Source: Phyllobates terribilis
Lineage: Eukaryota
DNA: 64,000 bases
Reading direction: 5' to 3'
Assembly: GCF_046119375.1 (NCBI RefSeq)
Contig: NW_027362763.1
Span: forward strand, 274,846,001 to 274,910,000
Positions 41,001-52,199 of this stretch are shown here, piece after piece. The notes beneath the pieces were generated by a model. That model made no database searches and had not been told where the DNA came from. It was given only the letters and a program-made list of their open reading frames with translations. Position 1 is the stretch's first letter, and each line of letters starts with the position of its first letter. A program made the translations under genes and the position numbers.

Positions 41001-43209
41001 TGTTATGCACACGCCCGGGCTGAGCGGCGTGTGCGTGTGATTGTAGTGATTCCACTGGACCGTGCCGGAGAGTGAATGCCTGGAGGGGCTTAACTAGGTA
41101 TTCACCCGATCCGACCTGGGTCGCACGACGGCATACGACGGCAGTGCACCAAGGAGGAACCGAGCAAAGGGACCAGGTGCTACTCCAGGACAGACCCCGG
41201 ACACGGCTGTTGACCCACACAGGGGAATACAGGAACAGACTGGTAGGCTGGCACACAGACTGGTGGGTATAGGCAGGCACGACTGGTATGCAGGCAGGCG
41301 GGTAAGCAGGCAGGGGGGTACAGGCAAGCACAGCTAGAGTGCAGACAGGGAGGCACTAGCAGGTAGGAACACAGGCGGGATAGGACCCAGTACACACTGG
41401 GACTCAGGACTAATACAGGCAGGGGGGTACAGGCAAGCACAGCTAGAGTGCAGACAGGGAGGCACTAGCAGGTAGGAACACAGGCGGGATAGGATCCAGT
41501 ACACACTGGGACTCAGGAACAATACAGGCAGAGGGGTACAGGCAAGCACAGCTAGAGTGCAGACAGGGAGGCACTAGCAGGTAGGGACACTGGCGGGATA
41601 GGACCCAGTACAGACTGGGACTCAGGAACAGAGCCACAGATGTGGCGGACAAACACAGCAGAGTGAGGCCGCCCAGAGAGGTGAGAGAGAACAGGGCAGG
41701 ACAAGGCCGCCTGGAGCGGTGAGCAAGAGTAGAGCAGGACAAGTCCGCCAGGAGCGGTGAACAAAGGATCAAAGCTGAGCGAGACTGCTGGAGCAGTGAG
41801 CAAGAGTAAAGCAGGACGAGGCCGCCTGGAGCGGTGAGCAAGAGTGGAGCGAGACTGCCGGAGCAGCGAGCAAAAGGGTCAGAGCGGAGCAAGGCTGCCG
41901 GAGCAGCGAGCAAAGGAGTCAGAGCAGGCTAGAACCGCCGGAGCGGTAAGCAAAGGAGTCAGAGCAGACTAGAACCGCCGGAGCGGTGAGCAAAGGAGTC
42001 AGAGCAGACTAGAACCGCCGCAGCGGTGAGCAAAGGAGTCAGAGCAGACTAGAACCGCCGGAGCGGTGAGCAAAGGAGTCAGAGCAGACTAGAACCGCCG
42101 GAGCGGTGAGCAAAGGAGTCAGAGCAGGCTAGAACCGCCGGAGCAGTGAGCAAAGGAGTCAGAGCAGGCAAGGCTGAGTAGGGGGGACAGGGCTCTGTTA
42201 ACACGGAACAGACAGGAAGGGAAAGGCAGAGCCAGACACCCACAGGGTACTTGCAGTGAAGTAGCGAGTGGACCACAAACTCACAAACGGGAGTACAGAG
42301 ACAACAGGCAGGAGTCAGGTACGAGTTCAGACTCTGCAGAAAAAGGAAAGGAACGGACATAGAGAAAAGACAGATGAAAGATAGGAGAGAGTACAGACTG
42401 GAACTGAGTGTACGGACGAGACCAACACAGGAGTGGGACACAAGAGCGGATCTGGGAATACGGCCCCCAGAGAGGCGGGACAAACAGGCAAGGAGCGTGT
42501 TCAGACAGGACAGACAAGATACAGGAACGGATCTAGGTAATCGGCCCCTAGAAGGAGGGAGGAACAGGCTAGGAGCGTGTTCAGACAGGACAGACAAGAT
42601 ACAGGAACGGATCTAGGTAATCGGCCCCTAGAAGGCGGGAGGAACAGGCTAGGAGCATGTTCAGACAGAACAGACAAGATACAGGAGCAGGTCTGGGTAA
42701 TCGGCCCCCAGAGAGGCGGGACGAACAGGCAAGGAGCGTGTTCAGACAGGCCTGGAAATACAGCCTCCAGGAAAGGCAGCAGGCAAGAGTACACAGACAG
42801 GACTCAGTTCAGACACGGGAACTGATACCGCAAGGCAGGAGACATAGACAGGACTCAGTTCAGACACGGGAACTGATACCGCAAGACAGGAGACAAAGAA
42901 CGGGACCTGGCATCTTCAGAGTGAAGGCACACACTGAATGAAACACTATGCTCAGGCAGGGATAGATGGGAGCAGCTGAGGTATATACCAGGTGACAGAC
43001 AGCAATAGGCTGAGGACGCACAAGGGGTGTGACCCACAGCAGGTACAAAAAGCAGGAAGTGATCGGGCGCCGCCCTTAAGCAGCAGAAACAGACACAAAC
43101 AGACAGCATGGAGGGAAGCCAGAGAGACATTCTGGACTGGAGATCAAGTGCGCGCTCTTGCACAGTGGGAGATGGACCACCATGCAAGGACGCCGCCAGG
43201 TATGTTACA
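41001..43209 (-). repeat. 3' LTR (2209 bp) containing 109-, 40-, 80- and 51-bp tandem arrays
   Basis: On the minus strand it begins TGTAACA right after the PPT and ends CATAACA; direct repeat of 45390-47404. Confidence 0.9.
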
Positions 43210-45251
43210 GTACCCCCCCCCTTTCGCCCCCTCTTCTTCAGGCCTGCCAGAATCTTCCGCAGGGAATTCGAGGACCAGTCGTTCACTTCAAGGAGATCAC
43301 TTCCACTGTCCACAGGAAAAACTGATCTCATCTGGTTAGCTAGGATGCTACCTCCTATCCAGCCATCCTCAGCAACAGACGAAACGGGTGGAGTACCAGG
43401 AACAGCACACAAGGAAGTCTCTCTCCACATATTTTCAGGTGGCACCCCAGAGGGTACAGGAGACAACTGGAAGTCCTTCACCGGGTTGGAGGGGGACAGA
43501 GACTTGGGGGTAATCTCTGCTTCGAGGTACATCTTGTCAAGCTCACGGGAAGAAATAGACGGGTTATCAGGTACATAATGAGGAAAAGTCACTGTCTCTT
43601 TGTTATCTGGTGGTACCCCGGAGGATTCAGGAAACAACTGGAGGTCCTCCGCCGGGTCAGAAGAGTGCAGAGGCTCAGAGAAAACATCTGCTTCAGAGTA
43701 CACTAGGTCGGACTCACTGGACGAAGCAGGCGAGGTATCGGGTACCGAGTATAGGAAAGTCTCTGTCCATTCACCACCAGGTGGCACCCCGAAGGGTTCT
43801 GGAGTCAACTGGCGGTCCTCCGCCTGGTCAGAGGGGTGTAGAGACTCACGGGTAACCTCTGCTTCAGAGTACACTAGGTCGGACTCACTGGACGAAGCAA
43901 GCGAGGTATCAGATCTAGGATATAGGAGAGTCTCTGTCCATTCACCACCAGGTGGCACCCAGAAGGGTTCTGGAGACAACTGGAGGTCCTCCGCCTGGTC
44001 GGAGGGGTGTAGAGACTCGGGAGTAACCACTGCTTCGGAGTACACTAGGTTGGACTCAGTGGACGAAGCGAGCGAGGTATCAGGTACAGAGTATAGGAGA
44101 GTCTCTGTCCTTTCGCTACCAGGTAGCACCCCGAAGGGTTCTGGGGACAACTGGAGGTCCTCCGCCTGGTCGGAGGGGTGTAGAGACTCGGGAGTAACCA
44201 CTGCTTCGGGGTACACTAGGTTGGACTCAGTGGACGAAGCGAGCGAGGTATCAGGTACAGAGTATAGGAGAGTCTCTGTCCTTTCGCTACCAGGTAGCAC
44301 CCCGAAGGGTTCAGGAGACAACTGGAGGTCCTCCGCCTGGTCGGAGGGGTGTAGAGACTCGGGGGTAACTACCACTTTGGGGTACCCATTGTCAGGCTCA
44401 CAGGACGAAGCGGACAAAGCATCGAGTACCAGGTGTAGAGAAGTCTCTCTCCATTTGTCATCGAGTGGTATCCCGGAGGATTCAGGAGGCAACAGGGGGT
44501 CCTCCACCAGGTAGTAGAGGTGCACAGACTCTGAGGTAACCACAGCTTTGGAGCATCCTTGGACATGCACACCGGTTAAAGTGGGTGAAGCATCTGATGC
44601 CGGGTGCAGGAAGTTCTCCTGTGTGGAGTCTGGATGGGCAGAAGTCTCTTTGGGCAGGAGAACTGGTGCACTACCCACGCACATTAACCGTTGGGGCTTC
44701 TCCGGGATACAGGGAGATGAAGCTTCAGTAGGGACTTCAAGGTTGGGGTCAGGAGGTCTCAGGGAGGACAGACCCTGGCGTGACGGCTTGCCTCTACGTC
44801 TAGCACGTCTGGACTGCCTCTTGAGGTTGGGAGAAGTATTCCGGAAAGCGTAGTCACCCTGTGAGGATTCTGGGTGGGCAGTAGTCTCATTGGGCTGGAG
44901 GACTATTGCGCTACCCACACACATTACCCGTCGGGGCTGCTCCGGGATATTGGGAAGTGAAGCTTCAGCAGGGGCTTCAGGGTTAGGGTCCTCGAAGACC
45001 ATAGGAAAGGCCACCAGGAAGGCCTGCAGGTCAAGGACGACAGGATCCCATGCTTCCCATAGGGGGGTGACCCATTTCAAGGCATCACCCGCTAGGTAGT
45101 CAATCATAAAGGCCACTTTAGCCCAATCGGAAGGAAAATAGAGAGGGTAGGCCTTAAAGTGTAGCATGCATTGCTCCACAAATGCACGACACTGTCTTGG
45201 ATCCCCATAGTAACGAGGCGGATCCGCAGGAACGAGAGCTGATAGATCCAT
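42855..45251 (-). CDS. Gag-derived protein: DUF4939 (RTL1/PEG10/LDOC1-like) N-terminus plus seven 57-aa Pro/Glu/Ser-rich repeats; reads into the 3' LTR
   Basis: PPRYYGDPRQCRAFVEQCMLHF..FPSDWAKVAFMIDYLAGDALKWVTPLWE..LQAFL..F..VFEDP is the sushi/RTL Gag motif. The 171-bp repeat period is visible (43981 vs 44152). 798 codons without a stop. Confidence 0.85.
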   Translation of the reverse strand: MDLSALVPADPPRYYGDPRQCRAFVEQCMLHFKAYPLYFPSDWAKVAFMIDYLAGDALKWVTPLWEAWDPVVLDLQAFLVAFPMVFEDPNPEAPAEASLPNIPEQPRRVMCVGSAIVLQPNETTAHPESSQGDYAFRNTSPNLKRQSRRARRRGKPSRQGLSSLRPPDPNLEVPTEASSPCIPEKPQRLMCVGSAPVLLPKETSAHPDSTQENFLHPASDASPTLTGVHVQGCSKAVVTSESVHLYYLVEDPLLPPESSGIPLDDKWRETSLHLVLDALSASSCEPDNGYPKVVVTPESLHPSDQAEDLQLSPEPFGVLPGSERTETLLYSVPDTSLASSTESNLVYPEAVVTPESLHPSDQAEDLQLSPEPFGVLPGSERTETLLYSVPDTSLASSTESNLVYSEAVVTPESLHPSDQAEDLQLSPEPFWVPPGGEWTETLLYPRSDTSLASSSESDLVYSEAEVTRESLHPSDQAEDRQLTPEPFGVPPGGEWTETFLYSVPDTSPASSSESDLVYSEADVFSEPLHSSDPAEDLQLFPESSGVPPDNKETVTFPHYVPDNPSISSRELDKMYLEAEITPKSLSPSNPVKDFQLSPVPSGVPPENMWRETSLCAVPGTPPVSSVAEDGWIGGSILANQMRSVFPVDSGSDLLEVNDWSSNSLRKILAGLKKRGRKGGGTVTYLAASLHGGPSPTVQERALDLQSRMSLWLPSMLSVCVCFCCLRAAPDHFLLFVPAVGHTPCASSAYCCLSPGIYLSCSHLSLPEHSVSFSVCLHSEDARSRSLSPVLRYQFPCLN
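43213..43230 (-). promoter_or_regulatory. Polypurine tract
   Basis: GGGGCGAAAGGGGGGGGG lies 3 nt before the TG of the 3' LTR on the minus strand. Confidence 0.85.
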
Positions 45252-45377
45252 CTGGACGGTGCGTAATTCGCCTGGAACTCAGCTAAGGAAAAAAAAAATT
45301 ATTTATTTATTTTAATGCATGTATTCGCTGGAAAACTTCTCAGAGAGCGAAGGCCGTGGGGCACAACGGGAACCATG

Positions 45378-45387
45378 GCCTGAGCAT
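45378..45387 (-). promoter_or_regulatory. Self-priming PBS candidate (ATGCTCAGGC)
   Basis: Located 2 nt inside the 5' LTR boundary. No TGG tRNA-type PBS is present. It is the exact reverse complement of GCCTGAGCAT, which starts 30 nt downstream of the LTR TATA box. Confidence 0.75.
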
Positions 45388-45389
45388 GC

Positions 45390-47404
45390 TGTTATGCACA
45401 CGCCCGGGCTGAGCGGCGTGTGCGTGTGATTGTAGTGATTCCACTGGACCGTGCCGGAGAGTGAATGCCTGGAGGGGCTTAACTAGGTATTCACCCGATC
45501 CGACAAGGGTCGCACGACGGCATACGACGCCAGTGCACCAAGGAGGAACCGAGCAAATGGACCAGATGCTACTCCAGGACAGACCCCGGACACGGCTGTT
45601 GACCCACACAGGGGAATACAGGAACAGACTGGTAGGCTGGCACACAGACTGGTGGGTATAGGCAGGCACGACTGGTATGCAGGCAGGCGGGTAAGCAGGC
45701 AGGGGGGTACAGGCAAGCACAGCTAGAGTGCAGACAGGGAGGCACTAGCAGGTAGGAACACAGGCGGGATAGGACCCAGTACACACTGGGACTCAGGAAT
45801 AATACAGGCAGAGGGGTACAGGCAAGCACAGCTAGAGTGCAGACAGGGAGGCACTAGCAGGTAGGGACACTGGCGGGATAGGACCCAGTACACACTGGGA
45901 CTCAGGAACAGAGCCTCAGATGTGGCGGACAAACACAGCAGAGTGAGGCCGCCCAGAGAGGTGAGCGAGAACAGGGCAGGACAAGGCCGCCTGGAGCGGT
46001 GAGCAAGAGTAGAGCAGGACAAGGCCGCCAGGAGCGGTGAACAAAGGATCAAAGCTGAGCGAGACTGCTGGAGCAGTGAGCAAGAGTAAAGCAGGACGAG
46101 GCCGCCTGGAGCGGTGAGCAAGAGTGGAGCGAGACTGCCGGAGCAGCGAGCAAAAGGGTCAGAGCGGAGCAAGGCTGCCGGAGCAGCGAGCAAAGGAGTC
46201 AGAGCAGGCTAGAACCGCCGGAGCGGTAAGCAAAGGAGTCAGAGCAGACTAGAACCGCCGGTGCGGTGAGCAAAGGAGTCAGAGCAGACTAGAACCGCCG
46301 GAGCGGTGAGCAAAGGAGTCAGAGCAGACTAGAACCGCCGGAGCGGTGAGCAAAGGAGTCAGAGCAGACTAGAACCGCCGGAGCGGTGAGCAAAGGAGTC
46401 AGAGAAGACTAGAACCGCCGGAGCGGTGAGCAAAGGAGTCAGAGCAGACTAGAACCGCCGGAGCGGTGAGCAAAGGAGTCAGAGCAGGCTAGAACCGCCG
46501 GAGCAGTGAGCAAAGGAGTCAGAGCAGGCAAGGCTGAGTAGGGGGGACAGGGCTCTGTTCACATGGAACAGACAGGAAGGGAAAGGCAGAGCCAGACACC
46601 CACAGGGTACTTGCAGTGAAGTAGCGAGTGGACCACAAACTCACAAACGGGAGTATAGAGACAACAGGCAGGAGTCAGGTACGAGTTCAAACTCTGCAGA
46701 AAAAGGAAAGGAACGGACATAGAGAAAAGACAGATGAAAGATAGGAGAGAGTACAGACTGGAACTGAGTGTACGGACGAGACCAACACAGGAGTGGGACA
46801 CAGGAGCGGGTCTGGGAATACGGCCCCCAGAGAGGCGGGACAAACAGGCAAGGAGCGTGTTCAGACAGGACAGACAAGATACAGGAACGGATCTAGGTAA
46901 TCGGCCCCTAGAAGGCGGGAGGAACAGGCTAGGAGCATGTTCAGACAGAACAGACAAGATACAGGAGCAGGTCTGGGTAATCGGCCCCCAGAGAGGCGGG
47001 ACGAACAGGCAAGGAGCGTGTTCAGACAGGCCTGGAAATACAGCCTCCAGGAAAGGCAGCAGGCAAGAGTACACAGACAGGACTCAGTTCAGACACGGGA
47101 ACTGATACCGCAAGACAGGAGACAAAGAACGGGACCTGGCATCTTCAGAGTGCAGGCACACACTGAATGAAACACTATGCTCAGGCAGGGATAGATGGGA
47201 GCAGCTGAGCTATATACCAGGTGACAGACAGCAATAGGCTGAGGACGCACAAGGGGTGTGACCCACAGCAGGTACAAAAAGCAGGAAGTGATCGGGCGCC
47301 GCCCTTAAGCAGCAGAAACAGACACAAACAGACAGCATGGAGGGAAGCCAGAGAGACATTCTGGACTGGAGATCAAGTGCGCGCTCTTGCACAGTGGGAG
47401 ATGG
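45390..47404 (-). repeat. 5' LTR, truncated at its outer end
   Basis: Direct repeat of 41001-43175; identity stops after GAGATGG at 47404. Confidence 0.9.
47177..47216 (-). promoter_or_regulatory. LTR core promoter: TATATA (47211-47216) and predicted start (~47186)
   Basis: The minus strand reads CCTGGTATATAG..(30 nt)..GCCTGAGCAT; the same arrangement is at 42948-42987 in the other LTR. Confidence 0.6.
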
Positions 47405-50047
47405 CTGCCATGAATATTGGCCCCCACCCAGGCTAGAAACACCAGCCGTCAGCCGCCCCAGAAATGGCGCATCCATAGTATGAGCCAATTCTTGCACTTA
47501 GCCTCGCTCTTCCCACTGCCCTGTTGCGGTGGCAGTGGGGTAATAGGGCTGGGGTTGATGTCAGCTTATAATGCCAGCTGACATCAAGCCCAGGTTAGTA
47601 ATGGAGAGGCGTCTTTAAGACACCCCCATTACTAACTCCATAGTCAAAGTTAAAAAAAAGCACAAACACCCAGAATGAAGTCCTTTAATTGAAATAAACA
47701 CACAATTCTTTAATGTTCTAAATTAAACCATACTTACCATCACGCCCATTCCAGCTGAAGCCAATGTCTTCTGCAATAAAAGTAAAATAATAAACCAACC
47801 TCATCCTTACCTTTCCATGGTTCCCAGGATGGCTTCAGCTCTGCTACATTCACATGACAGGCTGGATCGCAGCCGAAAGCTGCCATCCAGCTTGCCATGC
47901 CGCAGACACTGAGAAGCGCAGGCATGTTTGCTCTCCTCAGTGTCTGGCTGTGTCTCCTGCACATGCGGTGTGTGTGAGAGAATTCTCCTGCGCTAACTGA
48001 AAGCGCAGGAGATTTCTCCCACACTGTCAGTGATGTGAATTAGGTGAGCTGAGTTCATTGGGCATGAACTCGGCTCATCAGGATGCCATCACAGCCAGAC
48101 ACTAAGGAGCGCAAGCATGCCTGCGCTTCTCAGTGTCTGCGGTATGGCAAGCTGGATGGCAGCTTTCGGCTGCGATCCAGCCTGTCATGTGAGTGTAGCA
48201 GAGCTGAAGCTGTCCTGGGAACCATGGAATAGTAAGGATGAGGTTGCTTTATTATTTTACTTTTATTGCAGAAGACATTGGCTTCAGCTGGAATGGTCAT
48301 GATGGTAAGTATGGTTTAATTTAATTATTAAAAAATTGTGTGTTTATTTCAATTAAAGGACTTTATTCTGGGTGTTTTTTTTTTAAATACTTTACTAGAA
48401 ATTCATGGCGGTCATGTCTAATATTGGCATGACCCCATGAATTTCAAGCTTAGAGCCAGCTGAGAATACCAAGCTGGCCCTAACCCCTTTATTAACCAGT
48501 GAGCAACCGCACCAGGGCCCTAGATGAGTTGGGTACAGCGCCAGAAGTTGGCGCTTCTATTAACGCGCCATTTTCTGGGGTGGCTGCGGACTGCAATTTG
48601 CAGCGGTTGGGGGCCCAGAAAGCTTGGGTCTCCCTGCGCTGCAGATTCCAGCCCCCAGCTGCCTAGTTGTACCTGGCTGGACACAAAAGTCGGGCGAAGC
48701 CCCACATATAATTTTTTAAAATATTTCATGAAATTCATGAAATAATAAAAAAAAAGGGCTTCCCTATATTGTTTTGTTCGGCCAGGTACAAATATGCCAC
48801 TGGTGGTGGGGGCAGCTCGTTCCTGCCTGCTGCACCTGGCTGGACACAAAAATAGGGCGAAGCCCCACATCAATTTTTTTTTAATTATTTCATGAAATTC
48901 ATGAAATGGAATTATAAGCTGACATCAACCCCAGCCCTATTACCCCACTGCCACTGCTACAGGGCAGTGGGAAGAGTGAGGCTAAGTGCCAAAATTGGTG
49001 CATCCTATGGATGTGCCATTCCTGGGGCGGCTGACTGCTGGTGTTTCTAGCCTGGGAGGGGACCAATATTCATGGCACCCTTCCTGGGCTGTTAATATCA
49101 GCCCCCAGCTGTCCGCCTAGCCTTTGCTAGCTACTAAAATAGGAGGGACCCCACGTAATTTTTTTTTTTTGAGTCCCCCATTTTAATTGCTAGTAAAGGC
49201 TAGGTATTCAGCTGGGGGCTGATATTAGTAGCCTGGGAAGCTCTGTGGGTATTACCCCCTTCCTAGGCTTCAAACATCTCCCTCAGCCGTCTGCTTAACC
49301 TCCGCTAGAGACTAAAATTACAGGGAACCCCACGCCAATTTTTTTTTAAATAAATCCTTTATTTTAACACTAAATGACAAGTACAGTAATCAACACTATC
49401 ACTGTACTTATTATATATGTGACTGACATGTTTCTATGTTTCTAATCTATGTGTGATGCTCTATTCTTTCTGTTCTAAATTGTCTGGTACCGGAGTATGC
49501 TGCTGATGAATTGCCGGCTGGCTTTTTTAAAGAGACAAAAACACTATATATTTTTTTTTTTAAATCCTTTATTTTAACACTAAATAACAAGTACAGTAAC
49601 CAACACTGTCACTGTACTTATCATATATGTGACTGACATGTTTCTATCTATCTAATCTATGTGTGATGTTCTATACTTTCTGTTCTAAATTGTCGGGTAC
49701 CGGTGTATGCCGCTGATGAATTGCCGGCTGGCTTTTATAAAGAGACGGGTGCATGAAAATCAGAGGGCACTGGTGTGTTCCAAGTGCCCTGCTATGTTTT
49801 TCATGCACCCTCCTATATACCCTGTCTGCCTTTATATTCTGCCTGCCTGACGTTTAATTGAGCACCGTTCCCATCGATTTGGGCAATTTTTGACCTTCTG
49901 CTGACCGCCGGGGGGGACCACCAGAAAAATGCTTGAGTTTCCCATAGACTTACATTGGGCTCGTTGCTTGGGTCGAGCACCCAAGTATTCCAATGTGCTC
50001 GACCCGAGCTTCGAGCACCCGAGCATTTTAGTGCTTGCTCATCACTA
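47405..50047. mobile_element. Left-truncated non-autonomous hAT element with a large internal palindrome
   Basis: Right end CGAGCACCCGAGCATTTTAGTGCTTGCTCATCACTA (rc TAGTGATGAGC). Inverted arms at 47655-47952/48090-48385 and 47405-47572/48912-49078. Confidence 0.75.
49345..49745. repeat. ~210-bp tandem duplication
   Basis: AAATCCTTTATTTTAACACTAAAT...GAATTGCCGGCTGGCTTTT..AAAGAGAC occurs at about 49352 and 49562. Confidence 0.85.
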
Positions 50048-50450
50048 ATAATTATAAATGCTTGTTTCAATTTTTACTAAAAAACCCTTCCACGATTCAT
50101 GATTTCATCATTCATTATATCCTATCACTAAAATCTGTCTTGAAAGACAAAATGGACTGCCAGGTCACAAAGAGATCAGATAGGTATTGTCTATTTTTGT
50201 TTTTTCAGGGCTGTGGAAGAGGTTAAGGAGTTGGAAACAGCTGCAAACACACACAGTGATGATGATGCTACGCTTAAGTGTTTTATTTCAACCCAGTACA
50301 GGGTTCACATCTACATTGTTCAGTACTGTGATATAATGAACTTTATATTGCTACTATTGCATGAGAAAAGACAATAATGTAAGACTTGTAACTCCTTTAA
50401 AATGTTGTCAAGGTCTTTAAATGAACATATATCAGATGTCATGTGATCCG

Positions 50451-51066
50451 CCATGGGCATAAATAGAAACCATGGGGCCCCATGGCAAAAATTCTAATTG
50501 GGCACACCCCTTAAAAAATATTTATTATTCGACAGGATCACAAAAGAGGATATATCGCACAACTTTGTAGCCCTTACAAAGTAATTTTCCTCCTATTGTA
50601 GCCCCTGGATTCCCCTTTCATTGAACCTATATGTAAGATAAATGTAGGGTAATTTACCCCCATAGTCCTCCATACAATATTATGGCCACCACAATGAACT
50701 TACTGATTTAAAATGTAATAAATAAATACAATACTCACCTCTCCTCCTTATTTCCCTGCTGTTCCAGTCTCTCCAGCAAGCATCCTGAAGCATTCCCTTC
50801 ACTGCTTGGCACAGAGAGCACCATGTAGTAACATCATTGCACCCCCTGCACTGAGACATCAGGCGCCGAGGGAAGATGATGAAGGAAGGAACGGAAATCC
50901 ATCTTCCATGATTGCTTTAAACTGTGTTGGCATCGAGGATGCTGATACAGTTACCGTGCGATGATGGGTGGGTGAGGCCATGGTACTGGTGTTGGCATCG
51001 GGCCCCCCAGACTCCCAAGCTCCATAGCAGCTGCATGGCCAGCTACTACTGGAGGTATGTCACTGT
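50451..51066. mobile_element. Degenerate MITE, possibly Harbinger-like
   Basis: Ends CCATGGGCATAAATAG..GGGGCCCC and GGGCCCCC..GGTATGTCACTG resemble GGCGTAAC/GGGCCC-type TIRs; the match is poor. Confidence 0.35.
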
Positions 51067-51489
51067 GATCCGTTGCACAGCTATATTGATTTTTTGAGCT
51101 GAAATACCTTCTAAAATGAGCAAAATGGCTTCTACTACTGTTTTTCAGGCGCCATAACAGATAGAATGGAGTCACTAATCTGTTCTTGCAGTGGTGAAAT
51201 CTTGGGTTCAAATCTGAAAACATGAGGAAAATGTCAGCTTGGGATTTGTATGTTTTCACTGTGTCTGTATAGCTTTTCTGGATACAATATAATTTCCTAC
51301 CATACTCCAAACACATACTAGTAGGCAAATTGTAGTCTTATAAAATGTACCCTAATGTATGTATATTTATGAGATTGGAACATTTGATTGTGAGATTCTT
51401 TTAATGATATGGACATTTTAGAGTGATAACAATCTTGTGCAGCAATGAAAAATATGTTTGTATAAGCAATAAAATAATAATATAAATAA

Positions 51490-52199
51490 TAGAGATGAGT
51501 AAATAGATTCAATGTGATTCGAATTTGTGTTAAATTTTATTATATTCACTAGAGATTATTGGATATATACTGTATGAGTGGAATCCAATCCTCATCAACT
51601 ATTACAAACATCTGCATTTGCAAAAATGTTGATTTTTTTGTAATTTTTAAAAGCTCTGACTCAGAAAAATGGCAGCCACTGGCAGCTATTTTCAGCACCA
51701 TAAGGAGTCTTCAAAATGCTTAGAAAAAAAAGGTTCTTATACTCACCTCACTGCTCACCTCTCCAGCCCCTCTGCACCTCACTATCACCCATCTGATCCT
51801 GTTATTATCGCCACCTCAATCACTGAAATCCCCAATTCTGTGCATGTGTAAACAATGTCATGGTGCAGTTCATGATGTGACTTTACGCTTAGTTATGCAG
51901 AATATTTGCAGGCTTCATCTGAGCCACATGACCAGTTATAGTGTGTGGAGGTGCAGTGATTCAGAGCTTGTCACAGTTATAAGAAGATACAGCGAGAACT
52001 GATTGGATGATGATGACAAGCAGATTGGATGGAGAAGTGAGCAGTAAGATGAGTATAAATATTTACAAATAGAGGCACCCAAAAAGCATGACAAAGGATA
52101 TTAAATTAACTGAGAATAACTACTTTGCAAGTTCAAATTTCCTGGGGAAAATACAGGTGACAAAGCAAATTTGAATTTTGCCTGACACACTCATCCATA
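51490..52199. mobile_element. Old hAT MITE
   Basis: Ends TAGAGATGAGT and CACTCATCCATA; the TSD is not preserved. Confidence 0.5.

Larger units (their letters stand above)
41001..47404 (-). mobile_element. Young non-autonomous (Pol-less) Ty3/Gypsy Tf1/sushi-type LTR element
   Basis: Near-identical direct repeats 41001-43209 and 45390-47404 with TGTTATG..GTTACA ends, a PPT at 43213-43230, a single Gag-derived ORF, and no protease, RT or integrase motifs. The outer ~34 bp of the 5' LTR and that flank are deleted. Confidence 0.92.

Noticed and set aside
43600-44514. 304-aa ORF antisense to the Gag ORF
   Set aside because: It is a shadow frame of the 171-bp repeats, with no recognisable domain or independent signals.
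40969-47497. Cys/Leu/Pro-rich ORFs in both LTRs
   Set aside because: They are translations of GC-rich VNTRs and vary with repeat copy number.
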